NCBI GenBank assembly: GCA_963840855.1
Contig: CAWJBB010000087.1
Location: 96,001 to 160,000, forward strand
Length of the DNA: 64,000 nucleotides
Source of the DNA: an uncultured delta proteobacterium
GTDB lineage: Bacteria; Desulfobacterota; Binatia; UBA9968
Reading direction: 5' to 3'
The notes under the pieces were generated by a model. The model saw only the letters and a list, made by a program, of their open reading frames with translations. It had not been told where the DNA came from and made no database searches. This document shows positions 1-10,228 of this stretch, in pieces. The translations under genes were made by a program, and so were the position numbers. Each line of letters begins with the position of its first letter. Position 1 is the first letter of the stretch.

Positions 1-145
1 TCTGGGCGCTTTCCTCACGGCTCCCGGCCAACATCACGCCGAAGGAATCGAGAAAAGTCTCCCGCACGCGCGGCAGAAGCTCGGCCGGCGCGGTCTTCAG
101 GCTAAATGTCGCGGCAAACGCGGCAATATCTTCGGTCATCGGCAT
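1..145 (-). CDS. MmgE/PrpD family protein, N-terminal part (runs off window)
   Basis: Manual translation from ATG at 145 gives MPMTEDIAAFAATFSLKTAPAELLPRVRADFLDSFGVMLAGSREE, matching the typical PrpD N-terminal LD..GV.LAG motif. Confidence 0.7.
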   Translation of the reverse strand, partial: MPMTEDIAAFAATFSLKTAPAELLPRVRETFLDSFGVMLAGSREESAQ

Positions 146-163
146 GGATTTCACCGCTCTCTC

Positions 164-1186
164 TCAGCGCTGGAATTGCTTTACAAACCCTTCGCGCAAA
201 ATCTCTTCTACCATTGAATTATCGATGAACTCTTCCGGCTTGGCGTTCTTCGCGGCGGGGTTGGTCGAAGTCAGCAGCAAGGTCTTGATGTTTTCCGTCT
301 CGACCCGCGTGACCAGGGGCAACGTGGTGGCTAGGTAGTTCTGGTATTCGGCCATCAGCTCGTCGTCACTGCTGCGAAAATAGCTTTTGAGCGCAGCTCG
401 CGCTTTGAGCGGGTCTCTCTTGATGATGCTGACCGCCTCGATCTGCGCCTTGATAAACTGGATCATCGCGCGCCGGCGCTCTTTGACTTTCTTTTCCAGC
501 GTGATCAGACCGGTGTACCATTTGACGTTGACATCTTCGGGCACCACCAGAGCTTTGAGCCCGCGTTTCCGATAGGCGACGTAATTTTCGTACGAGGCAA
601 GCGCCGCATCGTATTGTCGGGTCACGACTCCGGTGAGAGCGGACGGTGTATCCCCGGCCGAGAGGATCGTCGGTTGTTTGGCGCCTTTATCGAGCCCATA
701 TTTGGGGAAAAAGAAAGCGCGCAACATGTGCGCATAGCCCCCTCCAAGCCCAGGCACAGCAAACTTCCCGCCGCGCAACTGCTCCATGCTGGTGATTTCA
801 GGGCGAACCAGTAGATGGGCATCGCTCCAGTCATTGAAGTTACTGACATATAAGACCGGCGTTCCGGAAAGTCGGGCATTAATCAAAGCAGGCCCCGAGG
901 TACTGATGACATCCGCCTCGCCGCCCAGGAGCGCGGCAGTCGCGATGGTGCCGCTGCCGATGCGCACAATGGTCGCGTCAAGCCCATATTTTGGATAGAG
1001 GCCGAAGGATCCGGCCAGAACCGGAATCCCATGCCGGGTGCCCGTGCCGCCCAGAATACAGATAAACTTCTCCGCGGAGATCGCCTCTTGGGGATGCAAG
1101 TCGGGAATGAGAATAAGCAAGATAAACAACCAGCCCGCGCGAGCCCAATATCCTTGCGCTGGTACGTCATAAACATTTCTCCTCAT
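164..1186 (-). CDS. ABC transporter substrate-binding protein, NMT1/SsuA-like
   Basis: ORF 164..1237 with a hydrophobic signal segment, G.Y.KYGLD, ALLGGEAD and C-terminal FIDNS..E...EGF; start uncertain. Confidence 0.8.
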   Translation of the reverse strand: MRRNVYDVPAQGYWARAGWLFILLILIPDLHPQEAISAEKFICILGGTGTRHGIPVLAGSFGLYPKYGLDATIVRIGSGTIATAALLGGEADVISTSGPALINARLSGTPVLYVSNFNDWSDAHLLVRPEITSMEQLRGGKFAVPGLGGGYAHMLRAFFFPKYGLDKGAKQPTILSAGDTPSALTGVVTRQYDAALASYENYVAYRKRGLKALVVPEDVNVKWYTGLITLEKKVKERRRAMIQFIKAQIEAVSIIKRDPLKARAALKSYFRSSDDELMAEYQNYLATTLPLVTRVETENIKTLLLTSTNPAAKNAKPEEFIDNSMVEEILREGFVKQFQR

Positions 1187-1264
1187 GATTGACTTAGGAA
1201 CTTCAGCACACACGTCGGCGTTCGAAGCAAGCAACAAAGAAGTTTTCTGCAGCGCGCTTGTGCC

Positions 1265-1645
1265 TCAGAGCTCCATTCGATACAACCGGTTGGCATTTTC
1301 CCGGCCGACTTTGCGCTTGATATCGGCACTCACTCCGGCGCCAATCCGCTCCATGGTCTGCTGGGAATAGGGCCATGTCGTGTTTCCATGGGGATAATCA
1401 CTCGCCCACATAAAATTGTCCGCGCCGAAAACCGGAGTTGTAAGCATCCCCGCGCGATCGTCCTGGAAAGTAAACCAAGCGTGGCGTTTCATGTAGTCGC
1501 CGGGCGCCATCTTCAGCTTGATATCCGAACCATAGGCCGTGGCGCGCCCATAACGGTAATTGGCCTGTTCATACATGATCGCGACCCAACCGACATCGTA
1601 TTCCGTGCAAACAACCTTGAGGTTGGGATGGCCAGGCCGTATCAT
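1265..1645 (-). pseudogene. Amidohydrolase_2 family, C-terminal fragment
   Basis: MWASDYPH motif and ENANRLY terminus; the N-terminal two-thirds are absent because the MFS gene ends immediately upstream. Confidence 0.7.
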
Positions 1646-1776
1646 CGAATCGGTTCAGGAATCAAGGTGAAGCATCAGAAAATTCGCGCGGACCCGCCCG
1701 GCTTTTTACCACGGGCCACGCAAAAGTGATTCGAATTGATCCGCAAACCGCCAGTCACTGTCGCATGCCGTTGTTT

Positions 1777-3064
1777 TCACGCCGCAATATTCTTGCCTGA
1801 ATGGATGTCCGCGGATTTGTCGTCCCAACGAAATTGCCAGATCGCCGGCACTTTCCAAGCGATGAAAAAAGTTACTGCTGATACCGCCAGCCCGCCTGCG
1901 ACCGTGGCCGCCGGCGCCCCGATTAACGGAATAAGCAGGCCAGATTGAACTTGTCCCAGCGGATGGAGCCCGCGATTGCTTAATTGAAAAACTCCCATCA
2001 CTCGGCCGCGAAATGTATCGGGAGTGGTCAATCTGCAGAATCGTGCCGCGCGATGCGCCCCAGATGGTGTCGGTCGCGCCAACAAGTCCCATGAGCAAAA
2101 GCGACAACAGGAATGACGGCGAAATACCGAAGAGGGCAAAACCTCCGCCATAAAGAAGCGCCGAGACGAAAAGAATTTTGCCTTGATACGGCCGTTGGCC
2201 GACACCGATGTAAATGCTGGAGCCGATGACGGCGCCGAGTCCGCGCGCGGATTGGAGCAGTCCAAAACCATGGGCGCCGACGCGCAGGATGTCACTGGCG
2301 AAGATGGTGAGCATCGTATGGTTCAGTCCGAATATGGACGCTACCGCTTCCATGGCCATCACGCCGAGAACGATGCGATGCGAGACGATATAGGAAAAGC
2401 CCTCGGTGGTTTCGCTGAGCAGGCTGCGCCGCTTGGAGCTGCCCTTGCGAAGTTACACGCATCATCCAGATGGCGACCACGACGGCGACGTAGCTTGCGG
2501 CATTGGCGTAAAAGGCGCCCGCGGTTCCCATCCAACTGATTGCCACGCCGGCAAGAAACGGGACCCAGGAGCGCCGAACCCTTCCACAACAAAGAATTGA
2601 GCGCTACGGCGTTGGGCAAGGCGGAGCGAGGGACTAGATTTGGATACAGCGCTTGGCGCGCCGGCCCATCGAAGGATCCGACCGAGGCATTGAGGAACGT
2701 GGAGAGCGTAAATATGCCAGGGTTCGATCCGGCCGGAATGATCCAGGACGGCGAGACCGAGTGCCAATAGTCCGGAGACGACTTCGGTCCAAAGCAAGAG
2801 CTTACGGCGGTCGTAACGGTCGGCGAAGGTGCCGCTGATGACGCCGAGGCCGATGGCGGGAACCGCGCGAAAGATTCCATTCAAGCCCAACAAGACGGGA
2901 GAGCCGGTAAGCTGGTACAGAAGCCAGTTCGTCGCCGTCATCTGCATCCAGGTGCCGATGTTAGAGATTAAATGGCCGGTCCAGAAGAGTCGAAAGTCGC
3001 GATAGCGCAGCGCGGCGAGCTTGCCGGATGGTTGCGCGTCGGAACCGGTGGAGTCGTCGGTCAT
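1777..3064 (-). CDS. MFS transporter (MFS_3/DHA3-like), frameshifted in this sequence
   Basis: Consecutive frames give ALRYRDFRLFWTG..SNIGTWMQ, G.FADRYDRRKLL, PARQAL.P.LVP, and FRGRVMG. Confidence 0.85.
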
Positions 3065-3102
3065 GGAGAGAGTGTTCTACATCAAATGTGCGTGGGGCCG
3101 AT

Positions 3103-3211
3103 ACGTCATGCCCGCCCTTCGGCTACTCAGGATAAACTCCGGCGGGCATCCAGGTTCGTTCTATAGGGATTAGCACGAAAAGACTGGATTCCCGCGTTCG
3201 CAGGAATGACG
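3103..3211. repeat. REP/RPE-like palindromic element (GTCATGCCCGC...GCGGGCATCCAG ... CTGGATTCCCGC...GGAATGAC)
   Basis: Nested inverted repeats; a second family member lies at 63072-63152. Confidence 0.7.
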
Positions 3212-3273
3212 AACGAGGGTTAGCGACTTACGGTCGATAATCTCAGAGCGTGCAGTGATACTCGAACTCGACG

Positions 3274-4176
3274 TCAACTCATTTCCCAATACGCAAAGCC
3301 CATGGCGCAGCCGACGCCGGTCCGGGTGCGATAGAGGGGAAGGTAATCGACGACTTGGCCGTTGCGGTCCGCCGCGCCGGCGATGACGATCCAATTTAAA
3401 ATTTCCGATGTGCCTTCGCGGAACACCGACGCGGGCATCGCGCTCATATATGCCGTGTCGTTGCTTTTGAGGGCTTGGAGAAACTGTTCATCCAACGCCT
3501 CATCGATCTTTGTGTGGCTCAGACCACCGGAAGCGGCGATGACGACCCGGTCGTCGCTCGGATATTGGCGAATGATCGACGCAAGGGCTTGTCCGAATTG
3601 CAAGCACCGCTTCGCCGACGGCGCCGGTGGATAGTACGTATTCACCATAACCGGAATCAGACGGCAGTCAGCGTCGGGCACGAGAAACTTGAGCACTCGG
3701 GCGAAGGCATGACCGAGGCCGCCGTCGTAACGAGTTTTTTTGGAATAGGAAGGGTCGAAGCCGTGATCCATGAGTCCGGTGATCAAGGCCTCGGCCAGTT
3801 TGGCATCGATTCGGTACTTTGTGCGGTTTTCGGATCGTGACTGTTTGAGATAGCGCAAGCTCACGCTCGCTTCCGCTTCCTCGCCCATATAGATCATAAA
3901 CGGCGGCATGTTGTCGTCGACGAGATTTTCATGCTGGTCATCGCCGACGACGATCAGAACGTCCGGCCGCAGGCTCTCGATGCGCGCGCGCAACTTCTCG
4001 ATGGCGGAGATGCAGCCGCGCCATTTGGTCCACTTGAGGTCGTCGGTTTCGTTCTCGAGCCCCGGCTTGTCCGGCAGGTTCTCGCTCTGGCGATTCTGCA
4101 ACAGATGCCAGTTTCCAGGATCGAGCATCAATTGTGGAGCGTGGGACATAGCCACGCAGCCGACTAGGTTGGCCAT
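3274..4176 (-). CDS. Class III extradiol ring-cleavage dioxygenase (LigB-like)
   Basis: SHAP, PDVLIVVGDDQHEN, GHAF, IAASGGLSH, and G.SEI.NW motifs. Confidence 0.85.
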   Translation of the reverse strand: MANLVGCVAMSHAPQLMLDPGNWHLLQNRQSENLPDKPGLENETDDLKWTKWRGCISAIEKLRARIESLRPDVLIVVGDDQHENLVDDNMPPFMIYMGEEAEASVSLRYLKQSRSENRTKYRIDAKLAEALITGLMDHGFDPSYSKKTRYDGGLGHAFARVLKFLVPDADCRLIPVMVNTYYPPAPSAKRCLQFGQALASIIRQYPSDDRVVIAASGGLSHTKIDEALDEQFLQALKSNDTAYMSAMPASVFREGTSEILNWIVIAGAADRNGQVVDYLPLYRTRTGVGCAMGFAYWEMS

Positions 4177-4186
4177 AAAATGTAGT

Positions 4187-4285
4187 TTCAGGTTTCAGCG
4201 TTCAGGTTTCGGGTGTCGAGAATCAGGTGTGCAGACTTGAGTTCCTAATCCGCACTGAAGCCCGAAACCTGACACCTGAAACCTA
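4187..4285. repeat. Inverted heptamer tandem repeat (GGTTTCA)n ... (TGAAACC)n
   Basis: tttcaggtttcagcgttcaggtttcgggtgtc versus cccgaaacctgacacctgaaacc. Confidence 0.7.
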
Positions 4286-4292
4286 GTCTCGC

Positions 4293-5336
4293 TTACGCGT
4301 GGGCGGCTTTCATGTCACTCAGTTCGGGTACTCTTGCGTCGATCTTGAACCAGCTTGCGCCACTGTCTTCGCTGGCGAATAAATTGCCGTTGCGCTGGGC
4401 CGCGAACATCCGGTCGGGGTTGGACGGCTCGAAGGCAAAGGCTTCCACAAAGCTCTGGTTGGCTTGTGAAACTGCATTGTCAAGCTTCTTCCAGCTCTTG
4501 CCGCTATCGGTGGATTGAATCAAGAACGCTTCGGCGCCGCTGGGACGCTTTCTCCATTGGCCGGGCTGGCCGTTGGCCACCGCGGAGTAAATCACATTCG
4601 ACTTCTTCGGGTGAATCGTCAGCGGCACCGAGTATTCTTCTTTGAATTCGGCCGCCATCGGCGCCCAGTTTTTGCCGCCGTCTTCGCTTGAGTACAGGGC
4701 GCGCCCCGGCGCTGTCCCCGCCCGGCAGTCGTGCCCGCCAGTGGCGATAAAGATCCTGTTGCTATCCTCCGGATGCAACACAATGGTGTGCACGTCGCAG
4801 TCGAGATTCTTGTTCAGCAGTTCCCAATTTTTGCCGCCGTCGGTGGTTTTGAGCATATAGCCTACTTGCAGCGCGACGTACATCGTCTGCGGATCTCCGG
4901 CGTCGATGGTGATATCGCGCACGTGAGGTTCCACGACCGCGACCGGATAGGTGATGGTCGACACCCATGGAATGTTCCAGATGGAATCGAGCCGGTCCCA
5001 GCTCTTGGCGCCATCGCGGCTGATGAAAACGTCGATGGGCTCGGTGCCCGCATAGAGCGTGTTCGGATCGATGGGATCGAAACTGAGGCAACGCACCTTG
5101 CCTGGGCCGCGCTTGCCGTAGCTCGGTTTTTTCCAGGTGGCGCCGAAGTCTTCGCTGAGCCAGACGCCGTCGCCTCGGGTGCCGGCGAAAACTTTATTCG
5201 GCGCAGACGGCGACACCGCGACTTCCGGCACTTGCCAGTCCTTGAGCCCGTGGTTCTCCATTTTCCAAGCGCGGCCGTCTTCGCTTTTTAACGTGACGAC
5301 GCCTTCATCCGTTCCAAGATATAAGATCGATGCCAT
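4293..5336 (-). CDS. BNR/Asp-box repeat beta-propeller protein (WD40/YVTN/VPS10-like)
   Basis: Repeated S.DGG..W Asp boxes; AAGGAGG RBS before ATG 5336. Confidence 0.85.
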   Translation of the reverse strand: MASILYLGTDEGVVTLKSEDGRAWKMENHGLKDWQVPEVAVSPSAPNKVFAGTRGDGVWLSEDFGATWKKPSYGKRGPGKVRCLSFDPIDPNTLYAGTEPIDVFISRDGAKSWDRLDSIWNIPWVSTITYPVAVVEPHVRDITIDAGDPQTMYVALQVGYMLKTTDGGKNWELLNKNLDCDVHTIVLHPEDSNRIFIATGGHDCRAGTAPGRALYSSEDGGKNWAPMAAEFKEEYSVPLTIHPKKSNVIYSAVANGQPGQWRKRPSGAEAFLIQSTDSGKSWKKLDNAVSQANQSFVEAFAFEPSNPDRMFAAQRNGNLFASEDSGASWFKIDARVPELSDMKAAHA

Positions 5337-5408
5337 GGCGATGTCCTCCTTTTTGATCGTGCTCGAATCTACTACAGAACTCCCCGCGCGGACAAGCCCA
5401 CTCGGACT

Positions 5409-5469
5409 GTTCAAAGTTCAAGGTTCAAAGGGCTACGCCCGTTCAAAGTTCAACGTTCAAGGTTCAATG
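5409..5469. repeat. Heptamer tandem repeat (GTTCAAN)n
   Basis: gttcaaagttcaaggttcaaag...gttcaaagttcaacgttcaaggttcaatg. Confidence 0.75.
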
Positions 5470-5552
5470 TATCGGATCGGAGCGCTGGCGCTAGCAGCTT
5501 GCTGAAGCTGATATTTGCAGGCTGCTCAAAAGGATTCAGAGGCGCGCGGTTT

Positions 5553-5623
5553 TCGTGTCCGTGTTCGTGGCTCGTGTTCGTGAATTCTCGTCCTGCGACC
5601 ACGAGCACGAGAAACGAGCACGA
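5553..5623. repeat. Inverted hexamer tandem repeat (TCGTGN)n ... (CACGAG)n, possible terminator hairpin
   Basis: tcgtgtccgtgttcgtggctcgtgttcgtg versus cacgagcacgagaaacgagcacga, directly downstream of the dehydrogenase. Confidence 0.65.
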
Positions 5624-5627
5624 TTCT

Positions 5628-6578
5628 CTAATAGCCGAGTTCCTTGTCGACTAGATTGCGCAGGGGTTCGCCGGCGATGAAGCGGCGCAGGTTTTCTCTG
5701 AAGATCGGCAACAGCGCCGGCCATTTTTGGCTCGTGATGCCGGCGATGCGCGGCGAGATTATGACGTTGGGTAGGCTCCACAATTCCGAGTCTTCGGGCA
5801 ACGGTTGTCTGGCGAAAGCATCCAGAGCCGCGCCGGCGATCCATTGCTCTTTTAGTGCGCGAACGAGCAGAGGCTCGTCTATGGCTTTGCCGCCGCTGAG
5901 GTTGATCAAGTACGCGTTTTTTTTCATCAGGCGCAATTCCGGCTCACGGATGATGTTGAACGTCGACGGGACGGAAGCGAGCAATAATACGACGAAGTCT
6001 GATTCACGCAATAGACGCGGCAGCATCTCAGGCGTGCCCAGCTCGTCGACGAACTCCGGTTTTTCCATGGGCGTACGTTTGGTGGCGATAACGCGCATGC
6101 CCAACGCCTTGGCTTTGCGCGCCAGATCCGTGCCGGCGACGCCCAAGCCGACGATGCCGATGGTTTGTCCGTCCACCTCCACGGGCTGAAGCCTTTGCCA
6201 TTTCCGTTGTTTTTGCGCGTCAATGCATTCCGGCAGTTTCTTTGCCACCATGAGAATGCAGGCCAGGGCAAACTCGGAGAAGACCGTGCCGTGGATTCCT
6301 TTCGACCCGGTGACTTGAATTGGGCGTTCTTTCACCGCAGGGGTGAGATAAGCACTGACGCCGCCGCGCGTGACGTGCAGCCATTTTAGTCGAGGCATCC
6401 GTTGCACAAGTTCATCGGGCAGCGGTTCTTCGGTGAAAACGGCGTCGATTTCGCGGCGCCACTCCGGGTCAATGGAGGTATCGTCGCCCTGGCGCAAATC
6501 GCACGCCGGAACGTCGTGCTTGATCGACTCCAAGGCATTTTCGGGGAGGGTCACACGCAGCCAGATTTTGTGACTCAT
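5628..6578 (-). CDS. D-2-hydroxyacid dehydrogenase family protein
   Basis: GIVGLG..G Rossmann motif, GAALDAF..QPLP..SELW.LPNVIISP. Confidence 0.9.
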   Translation of the reverse strand: MSHKIWLRVTLPENALESIKHDVPACDLRQGDDTSIDPEWRREIDAVFTEEPLPDELVQRMPRLKWLHVTRGGVSAYLTPAVKERPIQVTGSKGIHGTVFSEFALACILMVAKKLPECIDAQKQRKWQRLQPVEVDGQTIGIVGLGVAGTDLARKAKALGMRVIATKRTPMEKPEFVDELGTPEMLPRLLRESDFVVLLLASVPSTFNIIREPELRLMKKNAYLINLSGGKAIDEPLLVRALKEQWIAGAALDAFARQPLPEDSELWSLPNVIISPRIAGITSQKWPALLPIFRENLRRFIAGEPLRNLVDKELGY

Positions 6579-6766
6579 GGCGACTCTCGTATAGCAACGA
6601 CCCATGGCTGTCAATCGACAGATTCGTTGACGGTGGGTTATCCGCGTGTTACTAAGCCAGTAATCTCGGCAGGGAGAACGACGATTAAGAATCCAAAATC
6701 GAAAATCTCAAGCCGCGGCCGGTCGAAGGCATTCGAACGCTGAAAAAGGGGAGGTCTGGTAACGCC

Positions 6767-7771
6767 TTGATTCGGAGCTTGTTAATCGCTGTGCTCCTTC
6801 TGCTTGCCGCACCTTTCGCTGCCATCGCCCAAGACAAAAAGCTCGACTCCTTCACGATCTCTTTCGCGTCGGTGTCCGGGACTCGGGCGCCGCTCTGGAT
6901 TGCCAAAGACCTGGGGCTTTTTGAGAAGTATGGTTTGGACGGCAACCTGGTGTACATCGCCTCCGGCGTGACTTCAGTGAACGCGTTGCTCGGCGGCAGC
7001 GTCGATATTATCGCCGCCTCGGGCTCATCGGCGGTGGGCGCGGCCGCGCGCGGCGCGCCGCTGGTCATCATTGCCGGCCTGGGACATATCGCCTATAAAC
7101 TTATCGCTCACCCATCAATCACCACCGTCCAGGGACTAAGAGGAAAAATCATCGGCTCAAGCCGGATCGGCGCGGGGACGGATTTCGCGCTGCAGCGGCT
7201 TCTTCCCAGGCTCGGATTGACGCCGGGGAAAGACGTCACTTTGCTCCCCACCGGCATCAGCGAGTCCGACCGCCGCCTGCTCATGCTCGTGCAAGGCAAG
7301 ATCGATGCGACGTTGGGCACGGAAGATAATTTGCTCCAGTTGGCCGCGCGCGGGATGAAATTTTCGGTGCTCGCCGATGTCTACGAAGCCGGCGTGTACA
7401 CCACCGGCAGCGACATCGCGACCAGCCGCCAGTTGTTCAAACAAAAACCGCGGCAACTGAAAGCTTTTCTCATGGCCATCAGCGAGGGGATCTACATCGG
7501 CCGGACGCAAAAAGAGCAGGCTTACCGTGTTTATCGCAAGTATTTGAAAGTCGATGACCCCAAGATGTTGGAATCGATGTACAAAAATTATCTGCTCGGC
7601 TCCATTCCCGCGCGGCCCTTTCCCAAGGAAGAAGCGATTCAAAACGACATAGAGGATCTCAGCCACAGTTATGCTCACCTCAAGGGACGGAAGGCCGGCG
7701 AGTTTCTCGATATCTCTCTGCTCAAGAGTTTGGAAGACGAAGGTTTCTTCAAGAAATTTTACGGCAAGTAA
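6767..7771 (+). CDS. ABC transporter substrate-binding protein, NMT1/SsuA-like
   Basis: Signal peptide, PLWIAKDLGLFEKYGLD, LRGK.IG.SR.G. Confidence 0.85.
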   Translation: MIRSLLIAVLLLLAAPFAAIAQDKKLDSFTISFASVSGTRAPLWIAKDLGLFEKYGLDGNLVYIASGVTSVNALLGGSVDIIAASGSSAVGAAARGAPLVIIAGLGHIAYKLIAHPSITTVQGLRGKIIGSSRIGAGTDFALQRLLPRLGLTPGKDVTLLPTGISESDRRLLMLVQGKIDATLGTEDNLLQLAARGMKFSVLADVYEAGVYTTGSDIATSRQLFKQKPRQLKAFLMAISEGIYIGRTQKEQAYRVYRKYLKVDDPKMLESMYKNYLLGSIPARPFPKEEAIQNDIEDLSHSYAHLKGRKAGEFLDISLLKSLEDEGFFKKFYGK

Positions 7772-7794
7772 GACGGCAAACAGTCAGGCGACGT

Positions 7795-8199
7795 TTGAGC
7801 AAGAATAAGCCGCGAATCATTCGTTACGAACTTCCCGGCGCTTGGGATTTGCTGGTCGGCGCGACGGACGCCGGCAACGATTATCTCAGCATGACTCTCG
7901 CTGAACCCGACGATTGGTGGTTCCACGCCGACGGCGTGCCCGGAAGTCACGTTATTCTGCGGGCAAAGCCGGATGAAGAGCCGAGTAGAGAAACACTGCG
8001 CCAGGCCGCGGCGGTGGCCGCCTATCACAGTAAATCACGCGGCGCCGGCGCGGCAAAAGTCCATTGCACGCGAGCGCGGCATGTAACCAAACCGCGCGGC
8101 GTAAAAACCGGAACCGTTCATGTGTCCGAGGGCAAGGCACTCAAGGTCTATCCGAGCATCGATTGCGCGGCTAGAGTGACGAAAGCGCAGCCAGATTAG
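7795..8199 (+). CDS. Stand-alone NFACT RNA-binding (DUF814) domain protein
   Basis: D.WFHA..VPGSHVIL and AA.AAYHSK motifs. Confidence 0.85.
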   Translation: MSKNKPRIIRYELPGAWDLLVGATDAGNDYLSMTLAEPDDWWFHADGVPGSHVILRAKPDEEPSRETLRQAAAVAAYHSKSRGAGAAKVHCTRARHVTKPRGVKTGTVHVSEGKALKVYPSIDCAARVTKAQPD

Positions 8200-8213
8200 G
8201 AGCGTCACCTGTC

Positions 8214-9128
8214 ATGCAGAGCGTTACACTTGCGTATCGAGACGTTGACCGGTTGCCCGTGATCTGCGCCATACGCGCGATGGCGAGGCGGCACTATGAT
8301 GTCGATGTTCGCGTCGTTCGTATTGCTGACGAAGGCGCCTTTGAAGCGGCGCTTTTCGACGGCTCGGCCGACGTTCTCATCGAACACCTTGAATTCCTCT
8401 ACGAAGAAGCCGCCAAGGGTAAGAAAATCACCATGTTCTGCGCCCCGAGTAAAGGCGGCGGCTTGCATCTCGTCGTGCCGCGCCATGTGCGCGCGGTGCA
8501 GGAATTCAGGGGCAAGACCATGGCCGTACGCACTTCCGGCCAACCTCACGCCGTGACCCTTTGGCTAAGGATGATGGGCCTGGAGAAAGACGTCGCGACG
8601 GTGATGGTTTCAGACGGCGAAATCGGCCGGTGGGGGCAATGGAAAAAAGTAGCGAGCGGCGAGTGCGTCGCAACGTTTATGTCGCCGCTTTATCTGCCGG
8701 ACGCGCTGGCGGCCGGATTAAATGTTCTGCCGGTGCCTGAAATCCCCATCGTCGGCCAGTTCGCCCAGGCGTGCATTTCGAGCTTCGCGCGGGGAAATTC
8801 CGAGCTCATGCGCAATTACGTCAAGGCGGTTTTGCATGCCCTGGCATGGCTGATCAAGCGGCCGGCTGAGGCCTACGCCGCGCTGCAACCGGAATTGCAG
8901 CCGCAGATGAAAGTCCCTGACGATGCCGAACTCAAACGACGCTTCGACTCGATTGTCGCCGGCATCAAGGCAAAGCCTTTTCCGACCCCCGCAGCCGTCG
9001 CCAATACCTACGAGATTGCGACGCTTGAATATCTCGGCGCGAAGGGGCTCAATCCCTTGTCACTGTGGGACCTCCATTGGGTGAAGGAGCTGGATGACGA
9101 AGGGTTTATTGACGCTCTGCCCGGGTAA
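8214..9128 (+). CDS. NMT1-like substrate-binding fold protein without evident signal peptide
   Basis: FRGK.MAV motif and C-terminal VKELDDEGFID shared with neighbouring SBPs. Confidence 0.7.
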   Translation: MQSVTLAYRDVDRLPVICAIRAMARRHYDVDVRVVRIADEGAFEAALFDGSADVLIEHLEFLYEEAAKGKKITMFCAPSKGGGLHLVVPRHVRAVQEFRGKTMAVRTSGQPHAVTLWLRMMGLEKDVATVMVSDGEIGRWGQWKKVASGECVATFMSPLYLPDALAAGLNVLPVPEIPIVGQFAQACISSFARGNSELMRNYVKAVLHALAWLIKRPAEAYAALQPELQPQMKVPDDAELKRRFDSIVAGIKAKPFPTPAAVANTYEIATLEYLGAKGLNPLSLWDLHWVKELDDEGFIDALPG

Positions 9129-9205
9129 CCGCCGCAGCGTCGAGAGTGGTTTGGCGCGGCGGCGAAAAGAGGTAAGCTCCCAATCAGTCCAAGAAGGAAA
9201 TAGTC

Positions 9206-10207
9206 GTGGCGCGAAAGCTTTCACTGTTTCTATCCACGTTACTTTTTCTGGTATGCGCGTCGGGCATATCGGCTCGGGAAGCGACTAAAGTGCCATTTCC
9301 CTATACGCCCATCGGGGTGGCGAGCCTGCCGTGGTGGATCGCCAAAGAAGCGCGCTTGTTCGAAAAGTACGGCCTCGACGTCGATATGGTTTATGTCGGC
9401 GCCTCTCCTGTGATCATGCAAGCCATGCTCGGCGGCCAGGCGATCATCGGCGCCGGCGGCGGCCCGCCGCTGGTGACCAATGTGCTCCAGGGCGGCGACA
9501 TCGTTCAAGTGGCGACCACGACTCCTTACGCCATTCAATCATTGATCGTGAAACCGGAGATCAAGACGCCCGCGGATCTTGCGGGCAAGAAGATCGGCAT
9601 CAGCCGGCTCGGTGCGATCCCGCATTTTACTTTGCAAGCGATCGTGAAACTTTACAATGTCCAGGGTGTCAACGTCGTCCAGACCGGCACGACGGCGCAA
9701 GGCGTGACGAGTCTTTCCCAGGGATTGATCGACGGCGTGATTACCTCGGCGCCGAATACCTTCCGCCTGGTGAAAGACGGGTACCGCGAGATCGTAAGCC
9801 CCAAGGACTTCAAGAAAGCCGGAGTTGAGTTTTTGATCAACGGTCTCGTCGCGCGCAAGTCATTGGCGGCGAAAAACCGCGAAATTATTATCGGTATGAT
9901 CAAGGCGACCATGGAAGGAACCAAGCAGATGTTCGGCAACGAAATACAGGCCAAGGCGGCGCTGGCGAAGTACACGCGCCAGAAGGAAGTTGAAGTTCTC
10001 GACCAGAGCTACCGCTTCGCTCTCGATATTTTCGTCAAGGATCCCACGGTGATGCCGGGCTCGATCCAACCCATTGTGCAGCAATCGGCGCAGTGGAACT
10101 TGATCGAGGCCAAGGCGGCGAACAGTACGCCGCTCTCCGCCTATTACGACAACAGCTACGTGGATGAAATAAAACGGTCGGGATTTCTCGCCGAACTGTG
10201 GAAGTGA
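9206..10207 (+). CDS. ABC transporter substrate-binding protein, NMT1/SsuA-like
   Basis: Signal peptide, WIAKEARLFEKYGLD, DLAGKKIGISRLG. Confidence 0.85.
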   Translation: MARKLSLFLSTLLFLVCASGISAREATKVPFPYTPIGVASLPWWIAKEARLFEKYGLDVDMVYVGASPVIMQAMLGGQAIIGAGGGPPLVTNVLQGGDIVQVATTTPYAIQSLIVKPEIKTPADLAGKKIGISRLGAIPHFTLQAIVKLYNVQGVNVVQTGTTAQGVTSLSQGLIDGVITSAPNTFRLVKDGYREIVSPKDFKKAGVEFLINGLVARKSLAAKNREIIIGMIKATMEGTKQMFGNEIQAKAALAKYTRQKEVEVLDQSYRFALDIFVKDPTVMPGSIQPIVQQSAQWNLIEAKAANSTPLSAYYDNSYVDEIKRSGFLAELWK

Positions 10208-10228
10208 GCGGAGCCCAAGGGAAGGAGG

